Of a stretch of DNA of 64,000 nt, positions 1 to 9,667 are shown piece after piece. Below the pieces are notes generated by a model. That model was not told the origin of the DNA. It ran no database searches and worked only from the letters and a program-made list of their open reading frames with translations. Origin of the DNA: Verrucomicrobiota bacterium (lineage in GTDB: Bacteria; Verrucomicrobiota; Verrucomicrobiia; Chthoniobacterales; UBA10450). Each line of letters starts with the position of its first letter. The stretch's first letter is position 1. The stretch is taken from positions 10,617 to 74,616 of the forward strand of contig JBEEHG010000071.1 of NCBI GenBank assembly GCA_041167265.1, written 5' to 3'. Both the position numbers and the translations under genes were made by a program.

Positions 1-535
1 CCACGGCTTCTCCGAAGGTCTTGACGGTGAAGTCTGGTTTCTCGCGCAGCCGCTCGCCATAACCATGATCGATGAAGACCGCGCGGCAGCCGGCCGCATG
101 CGCGCAATCGACGTCGCGCCAGCGGTCGCCGATCATCCAGCTCGCGGAGAGCTCGATGTCGAGAGCCGCCGCGGCGCGCTCAAGCATGCCCGGCTTGGGC
201 TTGCGGCACTCACACGGCTCGCCATGCTCCGCACCCGCGTGAAAACAAACTTCAACACGATCAAGGACTGGGATCAATTCCGCCAGCCGTTGATTTATCG
301 CCTCAACCAGGTCGCGTGTCTGTTTTCCCCGCCCGACGTCGGGCTGGTTGGTCACGACCACAAGGCGGAATCCAGCTTGCTTGAGCCGTTCGCAGCCCGC
401 GACCGCATCAGGCGAAAGCTCCAACTCTTCCGGCGAGTTCGGCGGGCAGGGCGTTCCATTTCGGACAAGGGCGTTATTAAGGACGCCGTCTCGATCCAGG
501 AAGACGCAACGGTTTTTCGCGGCGATCAGGGACAT
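1..535 (-). CDS. gmhB: D-glycero-D-manno-heptose 1,7-bisphosphate phosphatase (HAD family); C-terminus runs off the window
   Basis: Own reverse translation from the ATG at 535: MSLIAAKNRCVFLDRDGVLNNALVRNGTPCPP...VVVTNQPDVGRG...CECRKPKPGML. It shows HAD motif I (DxDG) and GmhB-type motifs. It is absent from the ORF track because no stop lies in the window. Confidence 0.8.
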   Translation of the reverse strand, partial: MSLIAAKNRCVFLDRDGVLNNALVRNGTPCPPNSPEELELSPDAVAGCERLKQAGFRLVVVTNQPDVGRGKQTRDLVEAINQRLAELIPVLDRVEVCFHAGAEHGEPCECRKPKPGMLERAAAALDIELSASWMIGDRWRDVDCAHAAGCRAVFIDHGYGERLREKPDFTVKTFGEAV

Positions 536-539
536 GCAA

Positions 540-2030
540 TCAGGCGATGCTTTCAGCGTCACCTATCCGGGGGCGACTGTCGGCCACGGATCGGTCAGGT
601 TTAATAAAGCGGCCGAGATAGATCGCGATGACCAACAAAGTGGCGAAAGAGATTGGCTGAAGATAGCGCACAGTGTGGCCTCCAAATACGGTCGAAACGA
701 GGAGCGTGACAGTTATGTGAACAAAAAGCAGAAAGGCGTATCCTCGCGTCGTCCGAAAAGCCACCGCAACAGCTGCAGGCAATGGCGCTAATAAGATCAG
801 GAAGTAATATGGCCAGGCTGCTACCGACCACTGTTGAAGAAAGCTCTCCGTCTGTCTGTTTGTATCGATTGCAAGATGAAAGCGGGAAGCGAGCAGGTCG
901 CGCAGCTCCTCTTTCGGTGGATTGCCAAACCCGAAATCGGATCTCGCGGACGCCTTCATCGCAGCCGCACTCCAGTAGTCGGAATAAACGCGCCACCCCA
1001 GGTTCAGGACCCCCAGCGGATTCCGTCGCAGCGCGTTCATCGCAGTTTCCCGCGCGATCCTTTCGGCACCGGATCGTTCTGGATGAATCGTCGAGAATCT
1101 GTCGACCAGGTATCCGGGGCTGAAGCGCTGGTTATCCCTGAAATTCATGTCCTTCAGGTGAAACTCGTCGCCCTTTCTAATCACATCCGCGAGACCGGGA
1201 TCGGGCGAGTCTTCCGGCTCCAGGACCGGCGAAAAAATGGCGAGCTGGATGATCCCAGCTGCGTGCAAATACGCCGGCGGGCGATGAGAGATCCATCCAT
1301 TTGTTCGCTTGTACCCTTCGTGGAGCACAAACATCAGAAGCACACTGATCAACAAATGACTTCCAAGTCTGCCGAAAAGACGGAAGACGACCGCCCGCTC
1401 GAACCCATGCCGAAATGTGCGCCAGACAGCCGGTGAGAATGCGATCACGGGCAGTAAAACTGTATCAAGCTGCACGAGGAGGAGATAACTCATTCTGAAA
1501 CCGATCAGCAGAACAGAAACCACCTGGACCAGGACAAGGTTTCGAAAGCGCCGGTCCCGAAGATATAGAAATGACTGGTAGAGAACGAAAGCGTATAAGC
1601 CGAGACTAATGGCTTCGGTCATGACATAGCGTTCGTAAAGCAATTGAAGAGGATCCAGCGCGCAGAGAAATCCAATTACGAAAGACCAGCGCGCCGCCAG
1701 CCCGAAAACGAACCGGCAAATCAACGCGCCCACAACGGCTGCCGCGGCGCTGATGAGGAGCTGCAGGACAAGAAGTGCAGTCAGGCTCTGCGTCCAGACG
1801 GAAGACCAACGAATGACATACCCGTAGAAATACGAGCGCGCCTCGGGTATCCAATAGGTGATGGCCGTCTGAATGTAACTCCAGGAATCGCCCATCAAGA
1901 GCTTCGGGGTTGGGTCGATGGCAAAGAGCGCAAGCTTGAGAAGAAGAATGGACACACAAAACAGGAGCCATCCCTCGAGTTCGCGTTCTCGAGGCCGCGC
2001 CCCGCGCCCGGTTACTTCGTGCTCTCCCAT
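540..2030 (-). CDS. Polytopic membrane protein, GT-C-like (putative lipid-linked-sugar-dependent glycosyltransferase)
   Basis: Track ORF 540..2333, trimmed to the internal ATG at 2030 (MGEHEV...) because the upstream part overlaps gmhA and is Arg-rich junk. About 10 hydrophobic helices; the first loop reads LLMGDSWSYIQTA. Confidence 0.6.
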   Translation of the reverse strand: MGEHEVTGRGARPRERELEGWLLFCVSILLLKLALFAIDPTPKLLMGDSWSYIQTAITYWIPEARSYFYGYVIRWSSVWTQSLTALLVLQLLISAAAAVVGALICRFVFGLAARWSFVIGFLCALDPLQLLYERYVMTEAISLGLYAFVLYQSFLYLRDRRFRNLVLVQVVSVLLIGFRMSYLLLVQLDTVLLPVIAFSPAVWRTFRHGFERAVVFRLFGRLGSHLLISVLLMFVLHEGYKRTNGWISHRPPAYLHAAGIIQLAIFSPVLEPEDSPDPGLADVIRKGDEFHLKDMNFRDNQRFSPGYLVDRFSTIHPERSGAERIARETAMNALRRNPLGVLNLGWRVYSDYWSAAAMKASARSDFGFGNPPKEELRDLLASRFHLAIDTNRQTESFLQQWSVAAWPYYFLILLAPLPAAVAVAFRTTRGYAFLLFVHITVTLLVSTVFGGHTVRYLQPISFATLLVIAIYLGRFIKPDRSVADSRPRIGDAESIA

Positions 2031-2608
2031 TTCGTCTGCGCGGTTTTCAGCGCGGGATGCGAGACGAGCAAATGCCATACGACGGCTTGGAACGCTTCCG
2101 AGTGCGGCGTCGTGTTCATGGGATTCACGGTCGGAATAATAATGCAAACATCCGCGACCTGCGCGGTGTAGCCACCATCGCGGCCCACGATGCCGAGCAC
2201 CGCGCTGCCGCGCTCTTTCGCCAACTGCAGCGCCGTCACCAGATTCGGGCTTATGTTCTTTTCCGCGTTGCCGCCGCCGACAGAGAAAACAAGTATCGCG
2301 TCCTTCGCGTTTAGCCGGCTGCCTTTTAGCCATTCCACAAAAACGGTGGTCCAGCCTTCATCGTTCGTGCGCGCGGTCAGTTCCGAGACGTTGTCGGTCG
2401 GCGCGTAACATTCCAAGCCGGCGATCTTCCGGAAATCGTTCACCGCATGGGAGGCATTCGCGGCGCTGCCGCCTACACCAAGAATGAAAAGCCGGCCGCC
2501 CCGGGACCGGACCTGCGCGAGAAGCTCGACCGCTTTCTCGCAAAGCGCGGGATCAAGCCCGGCCACGACCTCCGCTGTCTCGCGCAAATGTTGCTCGGAG
2601 TAGCTCAT
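2012..2608 (-). CDS. gmhA: Phosphoheptose (sedoheptulose-7-P) isomerase, SIS domain
   Basis: GGRLFILGVGGSAANASHAVNDF and VFSVGGGN motifs typical of a GmhA-type SIS domain. Sits in an operon with hddA, hddC and gmhB. Confidence 0.85.
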   Translation of the reverse strand: MSYSEQHLRETAEVVAGLDPALCEKAVELLAQVRSRGGRLFILGVGGSAANASHAVNDFRKIAGLECYAPTDNVSELTARTNDEGWTTVFVEWLKGSRLNAKDAILVFSVGGGNAEKNISPNLVTALQLAKERGSAVLGIVGRDGGYTAQVADVCIIIPTVNPMNTTPHSEAFQAVVWHLLVSHPALKTAQTKWESTK

Positions 2609-3345
2609 GGCGTGGTGGAGAATCGCCGTGCGCGCAACGCCTCGTCAAGCTCCGCCAGGCCCGCCGCCGAACCGATCTCGTAGAAACGTTGCTTCACTTC
2701 GTACCCTGCAAGCTCATTTCGAGTAATCAGGTCCCGATAAACGTCAGCCAGATCGAATGCCTGGTTTTCCGGCCAACCCTGTAACGCTTCTCCGCGAAAA
2801 ATCCCGAGGCCGTAATCGATGAACTTCATGTCTGGAGTCGGGTTCTTCTTGTCATATCTATTGATTACTCCGTTATCAAACGCGACATTGCTTTTATCCC
2901 AGCGGCTCTCATTCTTGAATACTGTCATGAGGCCTGGCTTGCCGGTAGTAACAAGAGCCTTGACTGGGGCTGCGTAATCGATCGGCAGGTAAGAGTCGCC
3001 GTATAGCACGAGGAAAGACGCGCCCAGCAAGGGAAGCGCTTTCTTGATCGCGCCCCCGGTTCCGAGTAACTCTGGTCCGTCAAAGGAGTACGAGAGCTCT
3101 ACTCCGAAAGCGGCGCCGTCTCCGAACTCCTCTTCAATCATTTCGCCCCGATACCCGACGCACAACACTGCTTTGGAAAGGCCTGCGGCATGCAACAGAC
3201 GCAATTGATGGGCAAGGAAAGGCTCGCCGGCAACCGTGACCAGAGCTTTGGGGATCTTGTCGGTGATCGGTCGCAATCGTGTGGCTATGCCGCCGGCCAG
3301 GATGGCCACGGGCCATTTGGCCAGGTCGACATCGCAGCCGCTCAT
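2605..3345 (-). CDS. hddC: D-glycero-alpha-D-manno-heptose 1-phosphate guanylyltransferase-like nucleotidyltransferase
   Basis: N-terminal VAILAGGIATRLRPITDKIPKALV (GxGxRL NTP-transferase signature). There is a 4-nt overlap with both neighbouring genes. Confidence 0.8.
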   Translation of the reverse strand: MSGCDVDLAKWPVAILAGGIATRLRPITDKIPKALVTVAGEPFLAHQLRLLHAAGLSKAVLCVGYRGEMIEEEFGDGAAFGVELSYSFDGPELLGTGGAIKKALPLLGASFLVLYGDSYLPIDYAAPVKALVTTGKPGLMTVFKNESRWDKSNVAFDNGVINRYDKKNPTPDMKFIDYGLGIFRGEALQGWPENQAFDLADVYRDLITRNELAGYEVKQRFYEIGSAAGLAELDEALRARRFSTTP

Positions 3346-4322
3346 AAGCTAAGGGTCCTGGTGCCTTCGAAATCGAAACGGAACCGAACTTCTGCGAGGC
3401 CTTTCTCCCGCATGGCATGGCGCAGCTTTACCTTGTCGCCCGCATAAAACATGAGGAAACCCCCGCCGCCGGCCCCTATCACTTTTCCGCCCAGGGCTCC
3501 GTTTGCCATGGCGCAACCGTACCAGGCATTGATGTCGGCGTTACTCATCTCTTTCGATCGCTCTTTCTTCCTCTGCCAATGGACATCCATGAGGCGGGCA
3601 AACTCCTCCAGATCTCCGGCCTCGAGCGCTTTCTCGCTCTGTCTGCCCAGTTCCTTCACGAAATGAAGGTTGTCCATCATCGCGGTATCTGACTGCCTGG
3701 TCTTATCGTCCTGCTCTTTCAAAATAGCCGACGCACTTCGCGCATAGCCGGTGAAAAAGAGCAACAGGTTGTCCTCCAGGTTGAAGAGCGTTTCTTCCGA
3801 AATCTTGAGCGGCGCCGCTTCGACTCTGCCATCCGGCATGAACCGAAAACAGGTAATGCCACCGTAGGCTGCGATGTATTGGTCCTGCTTCCCGATTGGC
3901 TCACCCAGCTTCTCCAGTTCTATGCAGCAAGCCTGCTCCGCCAACTCCGCCGGATGCACGAGATTTTTCTTCAAAGCATGAAACGCTTTCAGGAGCGCCG
4001 TGGTAAAACTGCCCGACGATCCCAGCCCGGTGCCCGCCGGGATGTCCGCCATGCTCGTTATCTCAAGGTTGCGTTCGCGGATATCGACCAGCTTCAGCGC
4101 TTCGCGAATGATCGGGTGCTTGATCTCGTCAATCGTGGCCACTTCTTCAAGGTTCGAATATTTCAGAAGGAACCCTTCTACGAACCGGCGATGGACATTG
4201 ATATAGACATACTTGTCGATGGCCGCGGCGATAAGGAACCCGCCATGCTCGCGGTAATACGAAGGCACGTCTGTGCCGCCGCCGCCCAGTGAAATGCGAA
4301 GTGGTGAGCGCGTAATGATCAT
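3342..4322 (-). CDS. hddA: GHMP-family sugar kinase, D-glycero-alpha-D-manno-heptose 7-phosphate kinase-like
   Basis: RSPLRISLGGGGTDVPSYY N-terminus and the GHMP ATP motif PAGTGLGSSGSF. Pathway context supports the call. Confidence 0.8.
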   Translation of the reverse strand: MIITRSPLRISLGGGGTDVPSYYREHGGFLIAAAIDKYVYINVHRRFVEGFLLKYSNLEEVATIDEIKHPIIREALKLVDIRERNLEITSMADIPAGTGLGSSGSFTTALLKAFHALKKNLVHPAELAEQACCIELEKLGEPIGKQDQYIAAYGGITCFRFMPDGRVEAAPLKISEETLFNLEDNLLLFFTGYARSASAILKEQDDKTRQSDTAMMDNLHFVKELGRQSEKALEAGDLEEFARLMDVHWQRKKERSKEMSNADINAWYGCAMANGALGGKVIGAGGGGFLMFYAGDKVKLRHAMREKGLAEVRFRFDFEGTRTLSL

Positions 4323-5098
4323 GGCAACCGCTTCCGGGCGGTAGCTACTACCTGCCAGCCGAAAGGTGAGTCGAGAAGATTAGCATGAAACAAGGCCCGA
4401 AACACTTTCATCGCGAAGCGGAGCAGGCCCGATGGCTGGCCCGCGGCAGTGCTTTCGATATCCCGGGCGAGGCGCCCGCCTCGCATGATCACGAGCAAAC
4501 GGTAGAGATTGAAAAAAGGGAAGCCGGCAAGGTAAGTGCGCTCCACCGAATAACCCGCCTGCTCGAGGAGCGAACGGATCTTGGAGCGGTTGAAATGTTG
4601 ACGATGGCCGATCTCGCGGTCGAATGCGGAGATGGGGCCGCCCGGAACGGTCACGATCAATTGCGCGCCGGGAGCCAGGTATTCTCGCGCATGTCTAAGG
4701 AAGGCGACGGGATCGTCAACGTGCTCGAGGACCTCGGAACACACCGCGTGGGTGGCCCAGCCGGCAAAGTTCTTCAGCACCGGGGGCGCCTCGAAAATAT
4801 CGGCCACCACAAAAGTCGCCTCTGGCACTTTTCCCTGCGAGATCCCAACGCCGCTCTCACTTAGTTCCGCGCCGACAAACTCGGCCTTCGGAAATATCGA
4901 GTGCAGCTTTTGCACGAGGTCGCCCTGGCCGCTCCCGAGATCGAACAGTCGAATGGCACCTGGCCGGGCGTTCTCGGAAATCAGCCGCCCGATAATGTCG
5001 TGGCGCATGTGTTGCGCCGGATTCCCCGTGGCGGACTCGGCGAAACGGTCCCAGTGGGCATCCCAGTTATCCCGCGCGACGCGAGGTTGGTCAGCCAT
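4319..5098 (-). CDS. Class I SAM-dependent methyltransferase
   Basis: Motif I RLFDLGSGQGDLV and post-I acidic GAELSE, followed later by CSEVLEHV and PGAQLIVTVP. Confidence 0.8.
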   Translation of the reverse strand: MADQPRVARDNWDAHWDRFAESATGNPAQHMRHDIIGRLISENARPGAIRLFDLGSGQGDLVQKLHSIFPKAEFVGAELSESGVGISQGKVPEATFVVADIFEAPPVLKNFAGWATHAVCSEVLEHVDDPVAFLRHAREYLAPGAQLIVTVPGGPISAFDREIGHRQHFNRSKIRSLLEQAGYSVERTYLAGFPFFNLYRLLVIMRGGRLARDIESTAAGQPSGLLRFAMKVFRALFHANLLDSPFGWQVVATARKRLP

Positions 5099-5708
5099 TT
5101 TCGCGTCGCGCCACGGCGAACAGATTCAAGCCCAGCTTATGGTAACGGAGTTTAATGAGGCTCGGCTTGAATCCGGCGCGAACGAGCAGCGGCCACAGGT
5201 CGCGCTTGTCGTAATACATTTTGTGATCGTCCATTTCCAGCTTCGGACTGAGACCAAGACGGAAGGCGGAGAACTCGAGAAAGGTTTTTCCACGCCAGGT
5301 TGGAACGTTGATGAGCAACACGCCCGACGGCTTCAACAATTGCGAAAGAGCTTCGATAACCGAAAACGGGTCGCGCAGGTGTTCCAGAACCGAGATGAGC
5401 AGGACCGCATCGAACCTCTCCGATATCAGTTTGGGCAGCGTCTCTTCAATCGCTCCCTGATAGAACCTGAAGTTCGCAAGGCTTCCGAGTTCCGGAGCCA
5501 GCTGAAAATCGACGCCCACGCCGCGTTTCAGCCGGGGGCTTAGCGCGACCAGCTGAGTGGCCCGATAGCCACAACCTAACTCCAGGACTGCCAGATCGCT
5601 GCCGCTGGGCAGTTCACGCGCGATCGCACGCTGTGAAAGCCAGACGCCCAGTCGGTCGACGAAACTAAGGTCCTCCTGGCCATACGACTTCCGTTCGCGG
5701 TAACTCAA
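5091..5708 (-). CDS. Class I SAM-dependent methyltransferase (start uncertain)
   Basis: Motif I VLELGCGYRATQL, then LLISVLEHL and LKPSGVLLINVP. Track ORF 5091..5894 overlaps the upstream GT2. An in-frame TTG at 5708 overlaps the GT2 stop (TTGA). Confidence 0.7.
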   Translation of the reverse strand: MSYRERKSYGQEDLSFVDRLGVWLSQRAIARELPSGSDLAVLELGCGYRATQLVALSPRLKRGVGVDFQLAPELGSLANFRFYQGAIEETLPKLISERFDAVLLISVLEHLRDPFSVIEALSQLLKPSGVLLINVPTWRGKTFLEFSAFRLGLSPKLEMDDHKMYYDKRDLWPLLVRAGFKPSLIKLRYHKLGLNLFAVARRENG

Positions 5709-6901
5709 AGCCGTTGCTCCGGTGCGACCCGCTGAGCCATCTCCAGAAGCAGGGTGAAACAGAATGTCTGAAAGCCGACAATAATCAGAAGTAAACCAAA
5801 GATGGCCGGATGCGAAATCTCGAACAGCTTGAAGTCCGCGTGAAGGTACCGGTAAACCAAAGCACCTAGTAAAACGATACCTACAATGGCGCATCCGGCC
5901 GAAAGCAGCATGCCGCGGTCGTAACTCAAAACCCGGCGCAGTTTCTTCAGGGAGGTCGGGCGCAACCCATGCATCACCCGCGCCAGGACTCCTATTTGAA
6001 TAGAGCTATAACCAAGAGTCACACAGGTTACTCCAAACAAAAGCCAGTAGAGGCTGAATCCCACGCCCCCAACCGTAATCGGTCCGGCGGAGAGAACGCA
6101 GGCAATCAACGCCCCGATCGCAGTCAGCAGGATACCCGGCTTAAGCAGAAAGGAGTCGGGCGTGTATACGAGCATGACTTTCAGGTTTAGCCAGCCGGCC
6201 ACCCAGGGCGACAACCAACCCATTCGGCGGTGATGACTGAAGCGTCCTTCGCGGTCTTTGTAAAATTTGACGGGAACCTCGGCGGTGCGGAGCTTCAGCC
6301 GCGCTGCTTTTAGCACCATCTCACTCGCGTATTCCCAGGATTGCGACTTCAAGTCAATCCGGTCCAGGGCCGATCGGGTGAGTCCGCGCATGCCGCAATG
6401 AATATCGGAGTAATGACTCCCGTAGATCCGGTTCAAAATCCAGGTGGTCAAAGGGGTTCCGAAATACCGATGCAACCCCGGCATTGCGCCTTTCTCGATG
6501 CTGCCGCGGAACCGGCTCCCCATCACGAACTCGGCGCCGTTGCGAAAAGCCTCCACGAAGGGCGATAGCTCGCGAAAGTCGTAGGTGAGATCGGCGTCGC
6601 CCATGACAATCCACTGGCCGCGGATGTAATTGGAGGCGTCGATATAGGCGCGGCCGAGTCCGCGCTTCGGTGTGCGTAGGACTTCGCCGCCATGCGCCAG
6701 AACTATCTGGGGCGTGTTGTCGGTCGAACTATCAATGATGAGGATTTGACCGCGAACCCCGGCCCGCTCAAGCCCCTCCTTACACCAATCAACAAACTCG
6801 CCCACGGTGATCTCCTCGTTCAACGCCGGAACCACAATGGTGATGTCGGCGGCGCCGGCGTCCGTGCCGGGGGGGAGAAGATGTTCGATTTCCTCAGGCA
6901 C
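5705..6901 (-). CDS. GT2 glycosyltransferase with C-terminal transmembrane helices (polyprenyl-phosphate glycosyltransferase-like)
   Basis: ITIVVPALNEE, IIDSSTDNT and the DXD motif GDADLTYD. The C-terminal third has about 4 hydrophobic helices, as in GtrB/ArnC/DPM1-like enzymes. Confidence 0.8.
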   Translation of the reverse strand: MPEEIEHLLPPGTDAGAADITIVVPALNEEITVGEFVDWCKEGLERAGVRGQILIIDSSTDNTPQIVLAHGGEVLRTPKRGLGRAYIDASNYIRGQWIVMGDADLTYDFRELSPFVEAFRNGAEFVMGSRFRGSIEKGAMPGLHRYFGTPLTTWILNRIYGSHYSDIHCGMRGLTRSALDRIDLKSQSWEYASEMVLKAARLKLRTAEVPVKFYKDREGRFSHHRRMGWLSPWVAGWLNLKVMLVYTPDSFLLKPGILLTAIGALIACVLSAGPITVGGVGFSLYWLLFGVTCVTLGYSSIQIGVLARVMHGLRPTSLKKLRRVLSYDRGMLLSAGCAIVGIVLLGALVYRYLHADFKLFEISHPAIFGLLLIIVGFQTFCFTLLLEMAQRVAPEQRL

Positions 6902-7889
6902 GGGCGATTTCCTCGTGCATCGCTTTCATCGCGTCGGTGATTGCTTCGGAGGAGCTGCGCCGCGCTTTCCACCCCAGCGCCTTGATCTTCGAGCAATCGA
7001 ACCGAACGATCGGCACGTCACCTTTCCAGCCACGATCGCCTCCGGTGTATTCGTACTTCACCTCCGCTGGCGAAAGACCGCTTACTTTAACCGCGAGATC
7101 GGCGATCTCGGAAACCGTGATGTAGTCTTCGCTCGCGACGTTAAAGACATCGTAGTTCCCAATCGCGCGTTCATCGGCGAGCCGGATTGCTGCCAGGACG
7201 TCGTCCACGTGGATGTAGCTCTTCTTTTGAGTGCCATCGCCAAGGATACTTAGCCGGGCCGGATCGGCTTTCAGACGACGGATAAAATCATACCCCACGC
7301 CGTGGGTCTGGCGCGGTCCCACGACATTGGCGAAGCGAAAAGCACGGCCGGTTAAACCGAACATATGACAGTAGGCTGCGATAAGACCTTCGCAGGCCAG
7401 CTTACTCGCGCCGTAGGTAGAAATAGGGATGCACGGCCCGTAATCTTCCGCAAAGGCAACAGTGGGATTCTCGCCATACACTCCGCTGCCAGAGGTGTAC
7501 AGGATTTTCCGAACGCCGTTTATTCGCATGGCCTCGAGAACATTCTGGGCCAAATAGGTGCCTTCCCAGAAATCGATGTCAGGCTGGGTGACGGCCCGCG
7601 CGATGTCCGGATTAGCGGCAAGATGAAAGACCGTGTCGCAACTCGCCATCGCGGCGGTGACCGCGCCAATGTCCTTGAGATCGCCTTGGATGACTTCCAG
7701 CCGCGTGTCGGCCAGGCAGTCGTCGATATAAGAACGCTGGCCCGAGCTGAAGTTGTCGAAGACGACAATTCGTTCGACCGAGGCTCCGTCGAGTAACGCG
7801 CGAACTAAGTGGCTGCCAATGAATCCAGCCCCACCGGAGACAAAGACTCGCTTCCATCCCTCAAGAAAAATGGCCGACACCAGCGACAA
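6894..7889 (-). CDS. NAD-dependent nucleotide-sugar epimerase/dehydratase (SDR)
   Basis: VFVSGGAGFIGSHLV Rossmann motif and the YGASK catalytic YxxxK. Confidence 0.85.
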   Translation of the reverse strand: MSLVSAIFLEGWKRVFVSGGAGFIGSHLVRALLDGASVERIVVFDNFSSGQRSYIDDCLADTRLEVIQGDLKDIGAVTAAMASCDTVFHLAANPDIARAVTQPDIDFWEGTYLAQNVLEAMRINGVRKILYTSGSGVYGENPTVAFAEDYGPCIPISTYGASKLACEGLIAAYCHMFGLTGRAFRFANVVGPRQTHGVGYDFIRRLKADPARLSILGDGTQKKSYIHVDDVLAAIRLADERAIGNYDVFNVASEDYITVSEIADLAVKVSGLSPAEVKYEYTGGDRGWKGDVPIVRFDCSKIKALGWKARRSSSEAITDAMKAMHEEIARA

Positions 7890-7928
7890 TCATGGCACCG
7901 GTGGAGGTGTCAACTCCAGCCAGGATTG

Positions 7929-9539
7929 CTAGGCACCAACGATTTGCTCGAGCCGCGTGCGCATGCGCCCGCCTGCCGCTTCAAGGCTAAGAAGCCGCTC
8001 GATGCCTGGCCGGGCCCGCGCCGCTCGAGCCCTGGCTTCTTCGGGACGCTCGTAGACCTCGCGCATGTAAGCAGCCGCTGTTTTGACGGAAGGTTCGGCC
8101 CAAACATTTCCGCGGCTGTAAATAGGGCGGTCTTCATTTATCTCCACGAGTTCATAGTCGACCAATAGACTGTTGTCTCTGTTCATGAAGTCGAGATTGC
8201 CGGAATACCCGCTGGCGATCACCGGTGTCCCCAGGAGCATCGCTTCGGCAAGGCCGAGGCCGAATCCTTCCGAGCGGTGAAGGGAGACAAAGCAGTCGGC
8301 CATCTCGATCAAGCCATACGCCCGGGCGCGCGTCATCAGTTCGTCGAACAAAATCACGTTCGGCCCCGTTATTGTCTCGCGCAGCAAATCGAGATCTGCG
8401 CGATGAATGTCGCCCCCGATACTTTTGATCACTAGCGTCGCGCGGTCATCCTGGCGGAAGGCTTCGCGGAAGGCCCGGAATACACCGACGGGATTCTTCC
8501 GATGGATCTGGCTATGCAAATCGAACGTGAAAAGAAAAACGAAGTGGTCTTTCGGAATGTTGAGCGAGGGGCGCGGAACCTTTTCAATTGGACCAACTTC
8601 GACCCCGGGCAGCATCCGGTGAACCGGCCGCGGCATCCGTGCGCGCATGGCCTGCGCGACAAATTCCGTCGGCGACCAGATTTCGTCGACCAATTCGGCT
8701 GCCTCCACCCATTCATCGGGAATTGCCTCAAGTTCCCAAGCCCAGTAGGCGATGCGATAAATATTTTCGCCGGGCCAGAGTCCCGCGCGCTCGTATCCGT
8801 TCTGGAAGTAGGGCGTGGCGGCGTGGGTAAGAATAGTGACGGGATAAGTTTCAAGGCCGAGCCACTGCTCGCGATCGGTCGGCACCGCCCGGCGAGGCAC
8901 AGGGACGTCACGGCATGACGTGCGCAGGCCGACCCGCTCCAAGGCTGTCTTCGTCCAAAACGCCGCCTGCTGGATGCCGGATGGATTACAAAAATGGCTG
9001 AGAATGTTCACACCGTCCAGCCGGCTGCGGTTTCCGGGATACCCGTGCGGAGTCGAAGGGAGGCAGGGAAGAGCCCGTGGCAATGGCTCGCGCAAAATTT
9101 TCCCGTAGGTAGCTTCAATCCAGTCCCGGAATTCACCCCAGCCTTCCGGCGTGAGCGCGGCCGGAAAATACTTCTGCCAGCCCGGCTGCAGCAGGTAGGT
9201 GAGACAGAAGCCGCGGGGCACCTCCGCCACGGACTCGCGGAGAAACCCCAGAATCTGCGCGTCATCGAGGTGTTGATCCGCGCGGCCGTGCGTCGTCAGC
9301 CATTCCAAAAAATGCCGCTGGCCCAGGGGCAGGAGACCCAACGGATAGGTCGCTTGAAGAGCCGGGTCGCTCAAATAGACGTCGCGGACACGCTGGCCAG
9401 ACTCCGCGTCGACGGGGTCCGTCCTCAAACCGGACTGACTCGGGAAAGACGGGTCGTGGATATCCAGCGGCGCCGAATGGAAGGCCGGCGGGCCGGTTGA
9501 GCGCTCGCCGGAGGATCGGAAGCGGACCATACGCAGCAC
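7929..9539 (-). CDS. GT4 (GT-B fold) glycosyltransferase with N-terminal extension
   Basis: C-terminal SLHRSEGFGLGLAEAMLLGTPVIASGYSGNLDF (EX7E-type motif). Paralogous to the C-terminal half of 35850..38285. Confidence 0.8.
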   Translation of the reverse strand: MLRMVRFRSSGERSTGPPAFHSAPLDIHDPSFPSQSGLRTDPVDAESGQRVRDVYLSDPALQATYPLGLLPLGQRHFLEWLTTHGRADQHLDDAQILGFLRESVAEVPRGFCLTYLLQPGWQKYFPAALTPEGWGEFRDWIEATYGKILREPLPRALPCLPSTPHGYPGNRSRLDGVNILSHFCNPSGIQQAAFWTKTALERVGLRTSCRDVPVPRRAVPTDREQWLGLETYPVTILTHAATPYFQNGYERAGLWPGENIYRIAYWAWELEAIPDEWVEAAELVDEIWSPTEFVAQAMRARMPRPVHRMLPGVEVGPIEKVPRPSLNIPKDHFVFLFTFDLHSQIHRKNPVGVFRAFREAFRQDDRATLVIKSIGGDIHRADLDLLRETITGPNVILFDELMTRARAYGLIEMADCFVSLHRSEGFGLGLAEAMLLGTPVIASGYSGNLDFMNRDNSLLVDYELVEINEDRPIYSRGNVWAEPSVKTAAAYMREVYERPEEARARAARARPGIERLLSLEAAGGRMRTRLEQIVGA

Positions 9540-9592
9540 GCTACCCGCGCGAGGACGGCGGACAAGCTGCGAAGCAGAGGCCTTTTTTTTTC

Positions 9593-9622
9593 TTGACGGT
9601 GCTCCGGCAGGACGCCTACCCT
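9593..9622 (+). promoter_or_regulatory. Possible sigma70-like promoter for the beta-helix gene
   Basis: A T9 run, then TTGACG (9593-9598), an 18-nt spacer and TACCCT (9617-9622), located 46 nt before the ATG at 9668 in a divergent intergenic region. Weak -10. Confidence 0.2.
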
Positions 9623-9667
9623 CGCCGCTTCACCCCGGAGCTCTAACAATCAACCCCTAAACTGCAT

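Noticed and set aside
2031-2333. An N-terminal extension of the membrane protein (track ORF 540..2333, 597 aa).
   Set aside because: The extension is Arg/His-rich and overlaps the well-supported gmhA CDS on the same strand. The internal ATG at 2030 precedes the first TM segment.
4632-5543. A 303-aa plus-strand ORF across two methyltransferase genes.
   Set aside because: It is antisense to two motif-supported minus-strand CDSs. Its composition (Ser/Ala/Arg/Pro-rich) is typical of a shadow ORF in GC-rich DNA.
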